From NCBI GenBank assembly GCA_951406725.2, contig OX597822.1, positions 71,362,001-71,426,000 on the forward strand: a stretch of 64,000 bases of DNA, written 5' to 3'. This document shows positions 13,680-26,572 of this stretch, in pieces. Position 1 is the stretch's first letter. Each line of letters starts with the position of its first letter. This DNA is from Octopus vulgaris. Taxonomy: Eukaryota. The position numbers and the translations under genes are program-made. The notes beneath the pieces are model-generated. The model searched no databases. It saw only the letters and a list, made by a program, of their open reading frames with translations, and was not told the origin of the DNA.

Positions 13680-13721
13680 CAACAATATATATATATATAT
13701 ACATATATACACATGTATACG

Positions 13722-13811
<90 letters not shown>

Positions 13812-13859
13812 AAAATCAAACCAAATCAAATCAGATATCAGAAAGTAGAACCAAATCGA

Positions 13860-14400
13860 AGTCGATCAACATCAATGGAAGTTGCAGCTGTGGTACCAGT
13901 GCCGGTGACAAGTAAGCGAACCATCCGATCGTGGCCGTTGCCAGCGCCGCCCCGACTGGCCTCCGTGCCGGTGGCACGCAAAAGCAACATCCGTTCGTGT
14001 CCGTTGCCAGCCTCGCTTGGCCCCCATGCCGGTGACACGTAGCACCATCCATTCATGGCTGTTGCCAGCCTCGCCTGGCCCCCGTGCCTGTGGCACGTAA
14101 AAAAGCACCATCCGATTGTGGCCGTTGCCAGTCTCGCCTGGCCCCCGTGCCGGTGGTACGTAAAAAGCACCATCCGTCCGTGGCCGTTTGCCAGCTCCGT
14201 CTGGCTCCTGTGCGGGTGGCACGTAAAAATCACCCACTACACTCACGGAGTGGTTGGCGTTAGGAAGGGTATCCAGCCGTAGAAACACTGCCAGATCAGA
14301 CTGGGCCTGATGCAGCCTTCTGGCTTCACAGACCCCAGTTGAACCGTCCAATCCATGCTAGCATGGACAGCGGACGCTAACTGATGATGATGCTGACGAT
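13860..14400 (-). mobile_element. Long copy of the (CAT)n-associated repeat family with internal ~60-bp tandem units
   Basis: The unit agcaccatccg..gtggccgttgccagcctcgcctggcccccgtgccggtggcacgtaaa repeats about 5 times in 13900-14230. Confidence 0.8.
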
Positions 14401-14402
14401 GA

Positions 14403-14463
<61 letters not shown>

Positions 14464-14913
14464 TATATAGTGGAGGCGCAATGGCCCAGTGGTTCGGGCA
14501 GCGGACTCGCGGTCGAAGGATCTGCTCAATCTCCTGTGATGTTTTGGTAGCCGCTGACATCTAAAGAACCAAAAACAAACCCTGGCATCATAACCCCTTA
14601 ACACTGGACGATCCTGTGGAGTTTCATCATTTTCATATCTCCCCTGTATCAATAATTGTAAGTTCCATACATAATGGCATTGTTATTGAAACAAAATTAA
14701 TTAATGTAGAATACAATATCACATGTTATACCTAATGAAATATTTCACGTAATATAAGAGAAATGAGTTTAAAATTATATGAGTCACAGTGCCTTTCTTT
14801 ATGTGTTTGCTTCCCCTAAATTCAGTACCTGGCTACGTTATTCTACTCAACTACTTGTCATATCTCTTTCTCACTCATCTGTCCCTTGTCTACTGTCCTG
14901 TCATTACTATTCT

Positions 14914-15143
14914 TATTTCTTTACTACCCACAAGGGGCTAAACACAGAGAAGACAAACAAGGACAGACAAACGGATTAAGTCAATTATGTCGACCCCAGT
15001 GCGTAACTAGTACTTAATTTATTGACCCCGAAAGAATGAAAGGCAACGTCGACCTCGGCGGAATTTGAACTCAGAATGTAATGGCAGAGGAAATACCTCT
15101 AAGCATTTCGCCCGGCGTGCTAACATTTCTGCCAGCTCGCCCA
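14914..15143 (-). mobile_element. tRNA-derived SINE, family B, with a perfect 13-bp TSD
   Basis: Head ggcgagctggcagaa, B box gagttcaaattcc. TSD tcattactattct at 14901-14913 and 15144-15156. Confidence 0.9.
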
Positions 15144-15656
15144 TCATTACTATTCTGCTACACTTCACTCCCAAACATCATTGACAATCCCCACCCTTGT
15201 CTGCAATTCTTTACATCTGCCACTTAGACTCTCTCCAGTCCTTACAGTTGTCACCTACTCTACCCTACCTCCCCTACATATCATTCTCTCAATACTTTTT
15301 CTTTATTCATTTTGTCCCTGCCTCACACATTCATTCTCCATCTTTCCGTATCCCAGCCTTTGCCCCCATTTACTTCCACTCATCTTGTACCTTGATAGTC
15401 TACACAGATACCTCCGTACAATTACGTTTATCTTCTCCTCACATCTCCCCCAGTCACCCTCACCCTCTCTACTAAAGCATAAGTAGCTACTCTCATGACC
15501 AACAGTTTGCAATGGAGAGATAACCACTACAGTACTCGCCGAGGAATATCCAAGCCCCTCCACAGAATTTAAATCAAACTGCTTTAATCCTTACATGTAA
15601 CTCCCAATAAATGTGTAGAGTGCCCTTCCTTCGTTTGTCCACTCACTCGTATATAT

Positions 15657-15714
<58 letters not shown>

Positions 15715-16479
15715 GCACACACACACGCACATGCACACACATATATACATACGATGGGCTTCTTTCAGTTTCCCTCTATCAAACCCAGTCACAAGGCTTT
15801 GCCCAGCCCGAGGCTATAGTGGAAGACACTTGCCCAAGGTACCATGCAGTGGGACTGAACCTAGAACCATATGGTTGAGAAGGAAGCTTTTTACACTACA
15901 ACCATATATATGTGTGTGCGTGTGTCTATGTGTATGTTTGTGTGTATGTGGTTAGTTCATATTACTCCGTAGGGGACATAGATTGGTTTCCTAGTTTCTC
16001 TGACGTATATATATTCCTACATGAAGGAATATATGTATTCCATCAGAGGGTTACCCACTTTTTACCATCTCATTGGACTAGGGTGAGATGAAATGAAGTC
16101 TTTTGCTCAAAAGCAAAACGCGTTGCCCGGTCCCAGAATCGAAATCACAATCTTACGATCATATATAATTTTATCTAAGTCAAAACACTACAAGTTATAA
16201 TACAAGTCGATGGTTTGTACTTTTAACTTGTATTTCAATATTCAAGGGTTAGGAACCATTCTTCAGGAAATCGCCGGAGAAATGGTGTTTTGAATTGGCT
16301 CTCTGTTCTGTGGTTTGTGTATATTTGTGTTCTTTTATGGTTATAAATGACGAATTCGCTATTCGCCGCTGACTACATGCAATGACGTTGAAACACATGT
16401 CCAAAGATCCGATGACATCATTCATAGTCCAGTGTATTTTACACATTTTGTGCGTTTATATGTGTGTGCGTGTGTATGT

Positions 16480-17370
16480 GTATATAGCGTCTGAATGTTT
16501 GTTTACATTTGCGCTCAACAAATAATCTTCAACTAGGAGTGGTATTATTGCTGTCATTACTCTTGTGAAAAGATTGTCTGCTTGCTTCGCACATCCGACT
16601 GTAAAAGAAAGCCTGAACAATACATTCGTTAAACCGATGCCAGCATGGATAAATGGGCGTAAAAGTGAATGTGTTATATAAAAGTTTGATAAGCATTAGA
16701 CCTGAAAATGAATAAACTATGAACGGAGAGGACAACGAAAATATATTGAATACAGGAAAACGTAAAACCGGCTCTTCCTTCATCAGCTGTCTCTAGAGGT
16801 CGCAAGTAATTTTAGTAGCTTTTCAAGGAAAATGCTACGAGTGAATAATTCAGTAAAGACAAAACAACGACAAAGGCATAACAAAAGGCATAACAGTGTG
16901 TATGTTTAATGTCAAGAGATAGGACTTCGCAAAAGAAATGAAAAATATATGAAAATTGCTTCTTGTTTTCGTTTGTTTTGTCTCTGGATACTATACATAA
17001 ATACACTGTCCTACGCATTGTTTGCAACACTTCTTCGTATCCTTTGTTGTCATTTTGACTTTACTTCATCGTTCTCATGTAGCATTTCTCTCCAAAGTTA
17101 CCGGCGCCACAAGAGCTTATGATTCTGTTTTAGGTACCGAAATTGATGCGATTATAATGCAATAGGTTAATAAGGGAACCCTGTAGTAAGATGTACATTA
17201 TAGTATGCAATATTGGAAATGATGCTGTCTAGACAAGAGTAACTAATCTTCACATTATGCACATTAAAAAAGTTGTGGCATTTATGTATGTTTGGGAATG
17301 GTTGCCCAATTAAGGTATAAATTTTGTGGATATTTATTGCTTCCTAGTTTTCATCTGCAGTAGGGAATCC
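16480..17370 (-). mobile_element. Penelope-like element 3' fragment
   Basis: The minus strand reads LIGQPFPNIHKCHNFFNVHNVKISYSCLDSIISNIAYYN, typical of the PLE RT-to-endonuclease linker. gacagCTGATGAagg lies downstream near 16780. Confidence 0.6.
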
Positions 17371-17399
17371 TTCAAGTTCACCAGCCTTTCTTTAAAACC

Positions 17400-17900
17400 A
17401 CTCCTCGTTAATGTCTTTTAGTGTCAAAGATATCTCTATATGGGGCTAAACTGGAAATTTTTCTACTATAACTGATACTAAGTCGCTAGTTATAGTTCCC
17501 TGAAGTGGTTAAAATATATACAGTCTCCTCATTAGGTTTTCCATCTCACTATTTTTAGGTCTAACGCAATGTATAAGAATTTGAATGAGGTTCGGTGAGG
17601 ATAGGATCATATTAAGTTCTTCCTAAATCTATCCAAAGCGTGACCGTTCATATTACTTGCTGTCTCAATACCAACATGAGTTGTACAGGTGAGAAATGTA
17701 CGCTTCTTGAGAGTGCCCATATATAATACAACAAAGCCTGCAACCCCAGCTCCGTCTTAGATCCCCATAGACATAACGAACTATGGGCCACCCTTTCGTT
17801 TGCTCTGTAGGAATCAAAATGATATAAAGTAACTTCCCAGTATTGGTGGATATTCTAACATCAATGTCGCTAATCCTAGTAGATTGGTCAGAGTTTTCAG
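17400..17900 (-). pseudogene. Possible degraded non-LTR reverse transcriptase fragment
   Basis: VTLWIDL...YDPI(P)H resembles the RT motif WxDLxxAYxSxPH. Heavily disrupted. Confidence 0.3.
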
Positions 17901-18366
17901 GAGAAAGGATTTAATATGGAAACCTACCAAATAGGGTTACACACAAACACACATACACACACACAAATGCATATGTATGTCTCTTCTATTTTTTAATTAT
18001 TATAAATCTTCCACAGAGGAGGGAGCTGGTTTCCAACAAAGATACAAGGCTCCATCGTTAGGATGTAGTTAACACAGACAAATTCACACTTTGAACTTGA
18101 AAAAAGCCTTGCATATTTCTACTGTTCCACTCACAGATTGAATCAGCCGGTCAATTTCTCTTTCTGAAAATCCCAGTTTATCCAGATTCTCCTTCAAGCA
18201 TTTACTAACAAAACCTAGTATAAATATGAATTCATAGTCTGGATATAGAAGCTAGAGGTTTCGAAGCAGTTATCCATAGATATCCCCCCTCTCTCTCTCT
18301 CTCTCTTTGATTTTCAAAGAGATATTTATATCTGCAGGGCAGCTAACCTCTATGTATGTATGTATG

Positions 18367-18397
<31 letters not shown>

Positions 18398-18789
18398 GTA
18401 TGTATGTATGTATGTATGTATGTATGTATGTATGTATGTATGTATGTATGTATGTCATTATTCAGTTTTTCAAGATTTCTTGCCAATAGAGAAAGAATCG
18501 GTTTCTAACCTAGATCTAAGGTTCCTTTATTGGAATTTCTACATCAACAACAGGGTATTTTGTTTGTTTGTATGTATATATGTATGTATGTATGTATGCA
18601 TGTATGCGTGTATGTATGTACGCATGTATGTATGAGTGCGTGTATGTATGTATGTATGTATGTATGTATGTATGTATGTATGTATGTATGTATGTATGTA
18701 TGTATGTATGTATGTATGTATGTATGTATGTATGTATGTGTGTGTGTGTGTATGTATGTATGTGTGTATGTATGTGCAGATTTGTATGT

Positions 18790-19105
18790 AGGGTCGCGAG
18801 TTCGATTTCCGGCGGCGCGTTGGGTCCTTGAGCAAGACACTTTATTTTACGTTGCTCCAGTCAACTCAGCTGGCAAAAAAAGAGTAGTACCTGTATTTCA
18901 GAGGGCCCAGCCTTGTCACACTCTGTGTCACACCGAATCTTCCTGAGAAATATGTGAAGGGGTACACGTGTCTGTGGAGTGCATCCTTGAACAAGGCACT
19001 TTATTTCACGCTGCTCAGCCACTTTGCACGTTAAACTCACGAGCAAGTTGTTCCGTTGATCAGATCAAATAGAACCCCCATTGTCGTAAGCGACGGAGTA
19101 CCAGT
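18790..19105 (+). mobile_element. tRNA-derived SINE related to 52590-52900 and 59162-59500
   Basis: B box gagttcgatttcc and domain ccttgagcaagacactttattttacgttgctccagtc. Confidence 0.75.
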
Positions 19106-19149
19106 TTTATGTATATGCTAGCACGAAACGAATTAATACATAAATAACC

Positions 19150-19572
19150 ATAAACACTGCATGGTATCGTGGGCAAGTGTCTTCTGTTATAGCCTCGGTT
19201 CGACCAAAGCCTTGCGAATGGATTTGGTAGAGGGGAAACTGTGTAGAAGCCCATTGTATATGAGTATATGCGTGTGTTTGTCTCCATCACCAAATGAAAA
19301 CCAGTGTTGGTGTGTTTACGTCCTCATGACCTAGCGGTTCGGCAAAAAATACCGATAGAATAAGTGCCAGACTTAAAAAATAAATACGTTCTGGGGTTGA
19401 TTCGTCTGACTAAGCTTCTTCTTCTTCTTCTTCTTCTTCTTCTTCTTCTTCTTCTTCTTCTTCTTCTTCTTCTTCTTCTTCTTCTTCTTCTTCTTCGTCT
19501 GTTGCTGCTACTGCTGCAAGGCGGTGCTCCAGTATGGCCGCAGTCTGGTTAAAACAAGTAGAAGAAATAAAA
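19150..19572 (+). mobile_element. SINE family A fragment with an internal (CTT)n tract
   Basis: Family A body and tail flank a (ttc)n tract at about 19415-19496. Confidence 0.75.
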
Positions 19573-20289
19573 GAAACACACACACTAACACCAAAACATG
19601 AAAAAAAAAAAAAATTCGCGCAGACGACCACAATCGCACTCACACGCATCCCTGTCACGCACACATACACACACGCACGCACGCACACACACACGCACAC
19701 ACTCGTCAGATTTTTCTCTCCATGCTTCTATGATATTTTCTAATCAAAATGATTATTTCAGTTTCAACGTTATTTTTTCCTTCCCCACCTTTCTCTTCCA
19801 TACCCATCGCTCGCTCTGGTTTTCTCTCTCGAAATTTTTTCCTTTCCTCTCATCTTTTTCTCTTTTTCTCTTTCTTTCTACTCTTATTCTTTCCTCTCTA
19901 TAACTCCAATTCTTTCTTACTTTCTCTCTCTCTCTCTCTCTCTCCTTCTCACGTTCTCAATATCTTCTCATTTTTCATTCTATTTCTCCCTTTGTTTTCC
20001 ACTCTTTCTTTCTTTCTTTCTCTATTGTCTGTCTATCTATTTTTACGCTCATACCTTCCAGTCTCTCTTCTTATCCTTGTTTTCCCGTTTCTCTCTCTCT
20101 TTTTCAGTCTCCCTTTCTCTCCTTCAAATTTCCCCCTTCAGTATCTCCTTTTCTTCTCTTTTGTTCATCAATAACAACATCAATTTAGTATGTCTCACAT
20201 CTGATTCAAGTGTTCTTTCATCATTTGATTGTATCCACTCAAATAATACAATGGAGTTTCTTCCTGACACTATTTTCTTTTAATTTCAT

Positions 20290-20345
<56 letters not shown>

Positions 20346-21442
20346 TTTCTCGCTCGTTCGCTCTCGCCCTTTCTCTTCCTCCCTCTATTCCCCCTTCTTT
20401 CTGTATTTAATCGTTTAATTCCCTTCAACGTTTTATATTTTTAAACATTTTTTTTTCCTGTGTGTTTTGTTATCTCACTTTCCATTATTTCAGTGATGGC
20501 GTTCTCGTTAGATGATCCATGAAATGACATATTTGGGAATGGCATTGCCGAGATAATTTAAAATATCTTTTGAAAACACCACCCTTAATGTTTTGATTCA
20601 GTATTTTTTCTTCCCTTTTTTAAATAAAGTTGACGCAAATTATTAATAGTTTTCTCGTTTCAAATTACAGGGAAATGAAATTGTCTCTTTTTTCTTTGCC
20701 GTTTTCATCATATTTTCTTTACTGTCATGTTTATATTATTTCATTTTTTTCCCTTTGTATTGTTTGCCGTTTTGTTTATCTTTTGTTATTTCTTTTTATA
20801 TTTCCTTTTCATTTCTATTTTGTTTTGTTCTAATAAATACTAATTCTCGATATTTCATGGGAATGATTTTGTTGTAATATTTCGGAAGAGTGAATCCAAT
20901 CGTTGAATTCATCTGCTGCAATGAAACCCAACAGACGAGATAGACTCATGCGTGCCAATGAATGATTCATTCGGCCTTTCAATCACTCGCCGATGACATT
21001 CAGAGTCGATAGAAACTACTTCACAACAAAACCCGTGCCTGATTTTCTTCAATGTAAGGGCATGGATTGTTAAAGTTTGTTAATTATTTCATGAATCACA
21101 GGGATCCAACGGAGCTGATGTTTATCTCTCGTTTTGCAGCATTAAACAAATGAGGGAGATAAATATACCCTCTTGGGTGAATGCTTGTTCAATACAAGGA
21201 AATTTCAACAACAACAAATAAATAAAACTTAATTACTATAGATGAACTGAAAAATATATAGAATCAAGTGTTTGCCTATACAAAAATCCACCCCCCAGTC
21301 ATCCCTCACGAAATAACCCCCCATAAGTTGGAAATTCCATACCTTAGACACCAGACCATTTCGTTACTATAATTTTCGATAATGGCACATTTAAATCAGA
21401 TGAAATACTTTCTGATAATGATTGCAAAAGCTTTTCGTTGCT

Positions 21443-21815
21443 AGTCCTGGACAGATTCCAGGAGGTCAATGTTCTGAGCAAGATAGGGATTCCAAACTGA
21501 TGATGCGAATTCCAAGTGTGGTCGTACCATAGCTGTATACAGTTTTAAATAGATGGCTGGAGAGCGGCTAACAAAAGTCTTGCTGAGTGATGCCAAGACA
21601 CCCTCGGCCTTTTGACAATTTTAGAGATATGCTTTGTCCAACGCAAATCACTGCTGACAGTGATGCCTAGGTCACGCTCGCAAGAGGATTTCTTGATATC
21701 AGTGTTGTGGAGGGAGTATGTGGACGCAGGGTTTTTTTCTCCCAAAATGCATGGTGGTACACTTGTCCACAGCCAGTTTCAGTTGCCAGTCTGTGATCCA
21801 TTGCTGCATTGTGTT
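21443..21815 (-). pseudogene. CR1/L2-type LINE ORF2 fragment
   Basis: KCTTMHFG/EKNPASTYSL..ERDLGITVSSDLRWTKHI..LYTAMVRPHLEFASSVWNPY is the characteristic CR1/L2 post-RT motif, with frameshifts. Confidence 0.85.
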
Positions 21816-22722
21816 TGCTTAAGCTGTTATTTGGAAAAACTTCGTACAGTACAAACCATAAAGTTCCGATAAACAAAGCTAGGAACTTGTTTGATCTTCC
21901 TCCTACTGAAAGACAAACTTTGCAGAAATCCCAACGAGGAAACGGTTTACATACATAAACGCTCCAAACATCCCACAGATTTGATGAACCTAGTCACAGA
22001 TGTCAGCAGAAGAATCTCTAATTCATCGGCGGAAAGAAAGATTTTCAATAGGGTTGAACCCGCTATCACGAGGTACTACCAGGGAATAGTTTTATTGAAG
22101 AGTCAGTGCATATATAGAATGTTCCCACTCCACCCCAAACCTGAGGAGAATTAGAAAGAGAAATATAATCTGGTTTAGTCTGCTATTAAATATGAATGTT
22201 TTTACTCATATAGCTAGGAGCTTCCTGACAATAATTAAAAAAACATTTCCCAATAACCCATTGATATATCGTAGGGTCTTTAATTTCCATAATATCAAGG
22301 TGAGCTAATCGAGCTCAGAATATTACTTCTAACATTGCGTGTTATAACAGACACAAACACTCACTTACACAATATTCACCTCATGCTCCATTCTGTAACT
22401 GCCGAAATCCTATCAACTGTATATTAGGAGAATTCTGCTTCTCAAAGGTTGTGATCTGTAGAGCCATTCTCAGTTCATCTGATAGCATTATGATACACTT
22501 CACAAGTATGATAGCCAATGGCGTTAGAGGAAAATACACACTACGCATGAACTCTGCCAAGAGCTGGGACAGAGGATACTCTATTTTCCTGTCCTACTTT
22601 ATCTGGAGATTACGTGACCATTGTTACAACTCTCTTAACCTTACGAGGAATAGGGCGCATCCTTACTCACCTGGAGCTCGTAGTTGCCATTTCTGCCTCC
22701 ACAAGAAGCTGCACGTAATCTG
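21816..22722 (+). pseudogene. Penelope-like element fragment (RT thumb, linker, GIY-YIG endonuclease)
   Basis: PNEETVYIHKRSKHP..RRISNSS; RNIIWF; CNCRNPINCIL; PYSPGARSCHFCLHKKLHVI. Multiple stops. Confidence 0.8.
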
Positions 22723-23034
22723 CCTGTCCGTCTGTCCATCTATCCGTCCGTCCGTCCGTTCGTCTGTCTGTCTATCTATCGATCAATCTATTTCTATATA
22801 CACACACACATATACATACATACATACATACATACATACATACATGCATACATACATATATATACACACATATATATATACCTATATATATGTCTCTATA
22901 TATGTTTATGTATATATATTTATATACACACATATATCTATCTATCTGTCTATCTCTCTATCTATCTATATCTATCTCTCTATCTATCCATATCTATATA
23001 TCTATGTATGTATGTATGTATGTATGTATGTATG

Positions 23035-23106
<72 letters not shown>

Positions 23107-23130
23107 TATACATATATATATACATATATA

Positions 23131-24422
23131 CGAGGGGCGTTCAATAAGTAATGCCCCTGACCCACTTCCCATAGCAGTAGAGCAACGAAACTTGGCACAG
23201 TTATTAGTCTTTTTCTACATAGGAAACACCCAGAGTTACGCATTTCTCCCATCGTTTGATGCGGCTCTGGAGACCGTTTTTGTAGAAGAACCCAGCTTGG
23301 TCCTCCAACCTCAACGTGACTTCAGAAATCAAGGCTGCATCATCTGGGAAACGCTTTCCTTTCAAAAACAACTTCATGATTGGGAAGAGGTGAAAATCAG
23401 AGGGTGCAAGGTCAGGAAAGTAGGGGGGATGGGGAGGAGTTCATAGCCATACGCCTGTGCTTCTGATCTGGCAACAAGCGAGTTGTGGACCGGAGCGTTG
23501 TCCTGCAGGAGGAGGATGCCTTTGCTGATCTTGCCCCGCCTCTTGATTTTGATAACTTCTCTTAATTTCCTCAAAAGTGAAGCACAATAGGCTCCTGCAA
23601 TTGTGGTACCCTTTGCCAGGAAATCTGTCATCACTACTCCGTCCTGGTCTCAGAAGACTGTGAGCATGACCTTGCCAGCGGAGGGCTGCACCCTTGCCTT
23701 CTTTGGAGGGGGTGAGTCACGGTGCTTTCACTGCATTGACTGGGCTTTGGTCTCTGGATCATCATGATGGACCCAGGTCTCATCCTGTGTAATTAGTCTT
23801 TTGAAAAATTTTGACTCATCTTCTTGGCACATCTCCAAATTCATCCTCGAGCACTCGACGCGTTCTTGCTTCTGGAAAGGCGTGAGCAACCTGGGAATCC
23901 ATCTGGCAGACACCTTTTGCATATGCAAATGGTCATGAATGATAGTTTCCACAGACCCGGTACTAATCTTGACCTCATGGGCTATTTGGCGAATAATTAT
24001 GCGTCGATCTTCCAAAATGGCAGCCTCAACTTGATGGACAGATGCCTCATCAATGGCAGAAATGGGGCGACCAGATCTGGGAGCTGTTTCCACAGAGTTC
24101 CGACCATGTTTGAATTCACGATGCCAGCGTTTTACAAGGTCATATGATGGGGCATCATCACCATAAGTTACTTTCATTTCATCAAAAGTCTCCCGTGGTG
24201 TGCGTCCTTTCAAATACAAAAACCGGATCACTGCTCGACACTCAACAGGCTCCATTTCACACTTGACCTGGTTCAAACACCTGTAAATCAGAAACCACAA
24301 TTAATTCAGAGCTGTAATTTGCCACTTACTCTATAGAGATATAAATGATTGCACATGCAAAATTTCAGCTAGATCAAACAACTGCAAGTGGGTCAGAGGC
24401 ATTACTTATTGAACGTCCCTCG
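23131..24422 (-). mobile_element. Full-length mariner (Tc1/mariner, DD34D-type) element, 1292 bp
   Basis: 37-bp TIRs (cgaggggcgttcaataagtaatgcccctgacccactt, 2 mismatches) with TA on both sides. Confidence 0.95.
23204..24255 (-). pseudogene. Mariner transposase, disabled by 2 TGA stops and 1 frameshift
   Basis: MEPVECRAVIRFL..RSGRP..WIPRLL..TQDETWVHH..LLQDNAPVH..YFPDLAPSDFHLF..YVEKD*. Stops at 23728-30 and 23650-52, frameshift near 23430. Confidence 0.92.
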
Positions 24423-24428
24423 TATATG

Positions 24429-24460
<32 letters not shown>

Positions 24461-24479
24461 ACAACTTGATACATATTAT

Positions 24480-25260
24480 GAAAGAGCTACTAATAGTTTC
24501 ATGCTTTTACTATTCTTTAAACTAGCAAATTTATAAAACATGCCATGTATCTCCAAGCTTTCTTTCAGGCTCTGGTTGTACGTTAGATGTATTTTAAAAA
24601 CGAGGACGTTGGATTGTGAGAAAATGAGAGGAACAAAAAACGTGAAGAAGGTTGATGCAAAAAGTGGAACGAGAAGAAAAGAAAAGAAAAGAAACCAAGA
24701 TCTTCGCCCTCTTTGATTGTAGAAACCATAATTAATGTAGATGACGCAAAACAATATAATAGAAAGGATGTCAAAGTCTGCGAGGTAGTTACTCTCTTCA
24801 GATCGCGTGGCGTCTTCCATTTTGACAAAAGAAACCTGTCTATGTGTTTGCATCTGATCTGCGATTAAGCGGTGTTGTGGAATTCTTGGATCTAAAAAGA
24901 ATATGTGATCTTTCTGCTACTCATAAGTTGCTTTTCTTAGTTCCATTAACATATGGCTTGGATTTCTCCATAACTCTTCTCTTGAGTGTATGTGGTGCGG
25001 ATTTAGTCTTCAAACCCCATACGTGGCTAGCCAACCTAGTAGTGTTACTTTTAAGAAGACAAAGCTCTTTGAAATCGCCTTCGCATAACCCGATATAATT
25101 TTTCGTTTCAGCCTCTTTTACAGCGGAATTTATCATACACACCTGTTGAAGTGGGCAAGCTTCAGATTCTTGACAGTTACAGTTGGGAGTGGGATCTTCG
25201 CGATGTTTGTGAGTTATAATATTCTTCATACTGGGGCAGCAGCTGTTTGACGTTTTATTG
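24480..25260 (-). mobile_element. Penelope-like element 3' fragment (GIY-YIG) with a decayed HHR
   Basis: CNCQESEACPLQQVC..NYIGLCEGDFK..TRLASHVWGLK..KSKPYVNGTKK. Downstream CTGAAGA-gag-taactac-ctc lies at 24767-24804. Confidence 0.8.
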
Positions 25261-25542
25261 ATATATACAGTAAGGTCGTGAGGCCTCGTGGTTAACGTGT
25301 TGCACTCACGTTCATGAGATCGCGGTTTCGTTTTCTGGACCGGGTGATGCGTTGTTTTCTTGAGATTCTCAAGTCACTCTGCAATCACTTCGACACCTGA
25401 GGTGTGGCACACCGTGCATCTGTACAAGCAATATTGGTTTGATGGCGAGAGTGAGCTAATGTACGGAACAAACATTTGATCCCGATAAACAAGTTATATG
25501 TGCAGGTTGTTCAACAAGAAATTGCAGAACCTTCACCTATAT

Positions 25543-25940
25543 AGGCGTAGGAGTGGTTGTGTGGTAAGTAGCTTGCTTACGAAGCACATGGTTCCGGGTT
25601 CCGTCCCACTGCGTGGCACCTTGGGCAAGTGTCTTCTTCTATAGCCTCGGGCCGACCAAAGCCTTGTGAGTGGATTTGGTAGACGGAAACTGATAGAAGC
25701 CCGTTGTATATACGTATATATATATGTATATGTATGTGTGTGTTTGTCTTCATAACATCGCTTGACAACCGATGCTGGCGTGTTTACGTCGCCGTAACTT
25801 AGCGGGTTCGGTAAAAGAAACCGATAGAATAAGTACTAGGCTTACAAAGAATAAGTCCTGGGGTCGATTTGTTCGACTAAAGGCGGTACTCCAGTATAGC
25901 CGCAGTCAAATGACTGAAACAAGTGAAAGAGTTAAAGAGT
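25543..25940 (+). mobile_element. SINE family A, full length
   Basis: Head-to-tail match to the other copies. Confidence 0.9.
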
Positions 25941-26536
25941 TATCATCTTTGTCAGAAGAATTTACGATTTATACACAAGGTGTGGCAGGTATTTGACAAC
26001 AAACTTTCAATTTAAGGAAAACAAGAAAAAAAAAGCCAATATATTTTATAGAACTTGGTATATATATTCTCACATAAACATAGCAAGAGGTTATTCAATA
26101 AAACCTTCATAAGCCTCTATTACTGTCTCGACACGGCTTCTAAAACGACCAAATTCTCTGATCAAGGGATGTTTATTTATGTTGGCCATAACGTCTCCAA
26201 TATCAGACATTAACAAGTCGTTGGTGTTGTGGGCATGAACAGGAGAAAATAAGTTAAGAAATATGAAATGTCTTTGAAAAGATCAGTAAACTCAACCATT
26301 AAAACAAAGCCGAACATTATTAGGAAGAGTGAAAAGCATTAGAATGAGGAAGGAGGATCCATTATAGGGAAATGGTCTTAGAACAAGTAAACGATCAACG
26401 TTTCTATAAAAGCAATCCGGTTATTATAAAGACGCAGGCACCTCCCCCACACGCGCACAAATATATATATATATATATATATATATGGAAAAAAAGTCAA
26501 AATAGAAAATGCTAAAATAATTTTATAAAAACATTT

Positions 26537-26572
26537 CAGTACCAGTTTCAGTCATTGAGACTTTTTCAACTG
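26537..26572 (-). ncRNA. Minimal hammerhead motif with U3-A8 core variant
   Basis: cag-TTGAAAA-agtc-tcaat-gact-GAAA-ctgg-TA-ctg. Confidence 0.6.

Noticed and set aside
16230-16290. CTGAAGA with a short hairpin on the minus strand
   Set aside because: GAAA and stems I and III are not correctly placed, so it is too decayed to call.
18010-18550. Two minus-strand ggagcc..GAAAcc motifs resembling hammerheads
   Set aside because: No acceptable 5' core could be assigned.
22451-23446. Longest ORF in the track (331 aa)
   Set aside because: It is a chimera of a PLE remnant, microsatellite and the antisense strand of the mariner.
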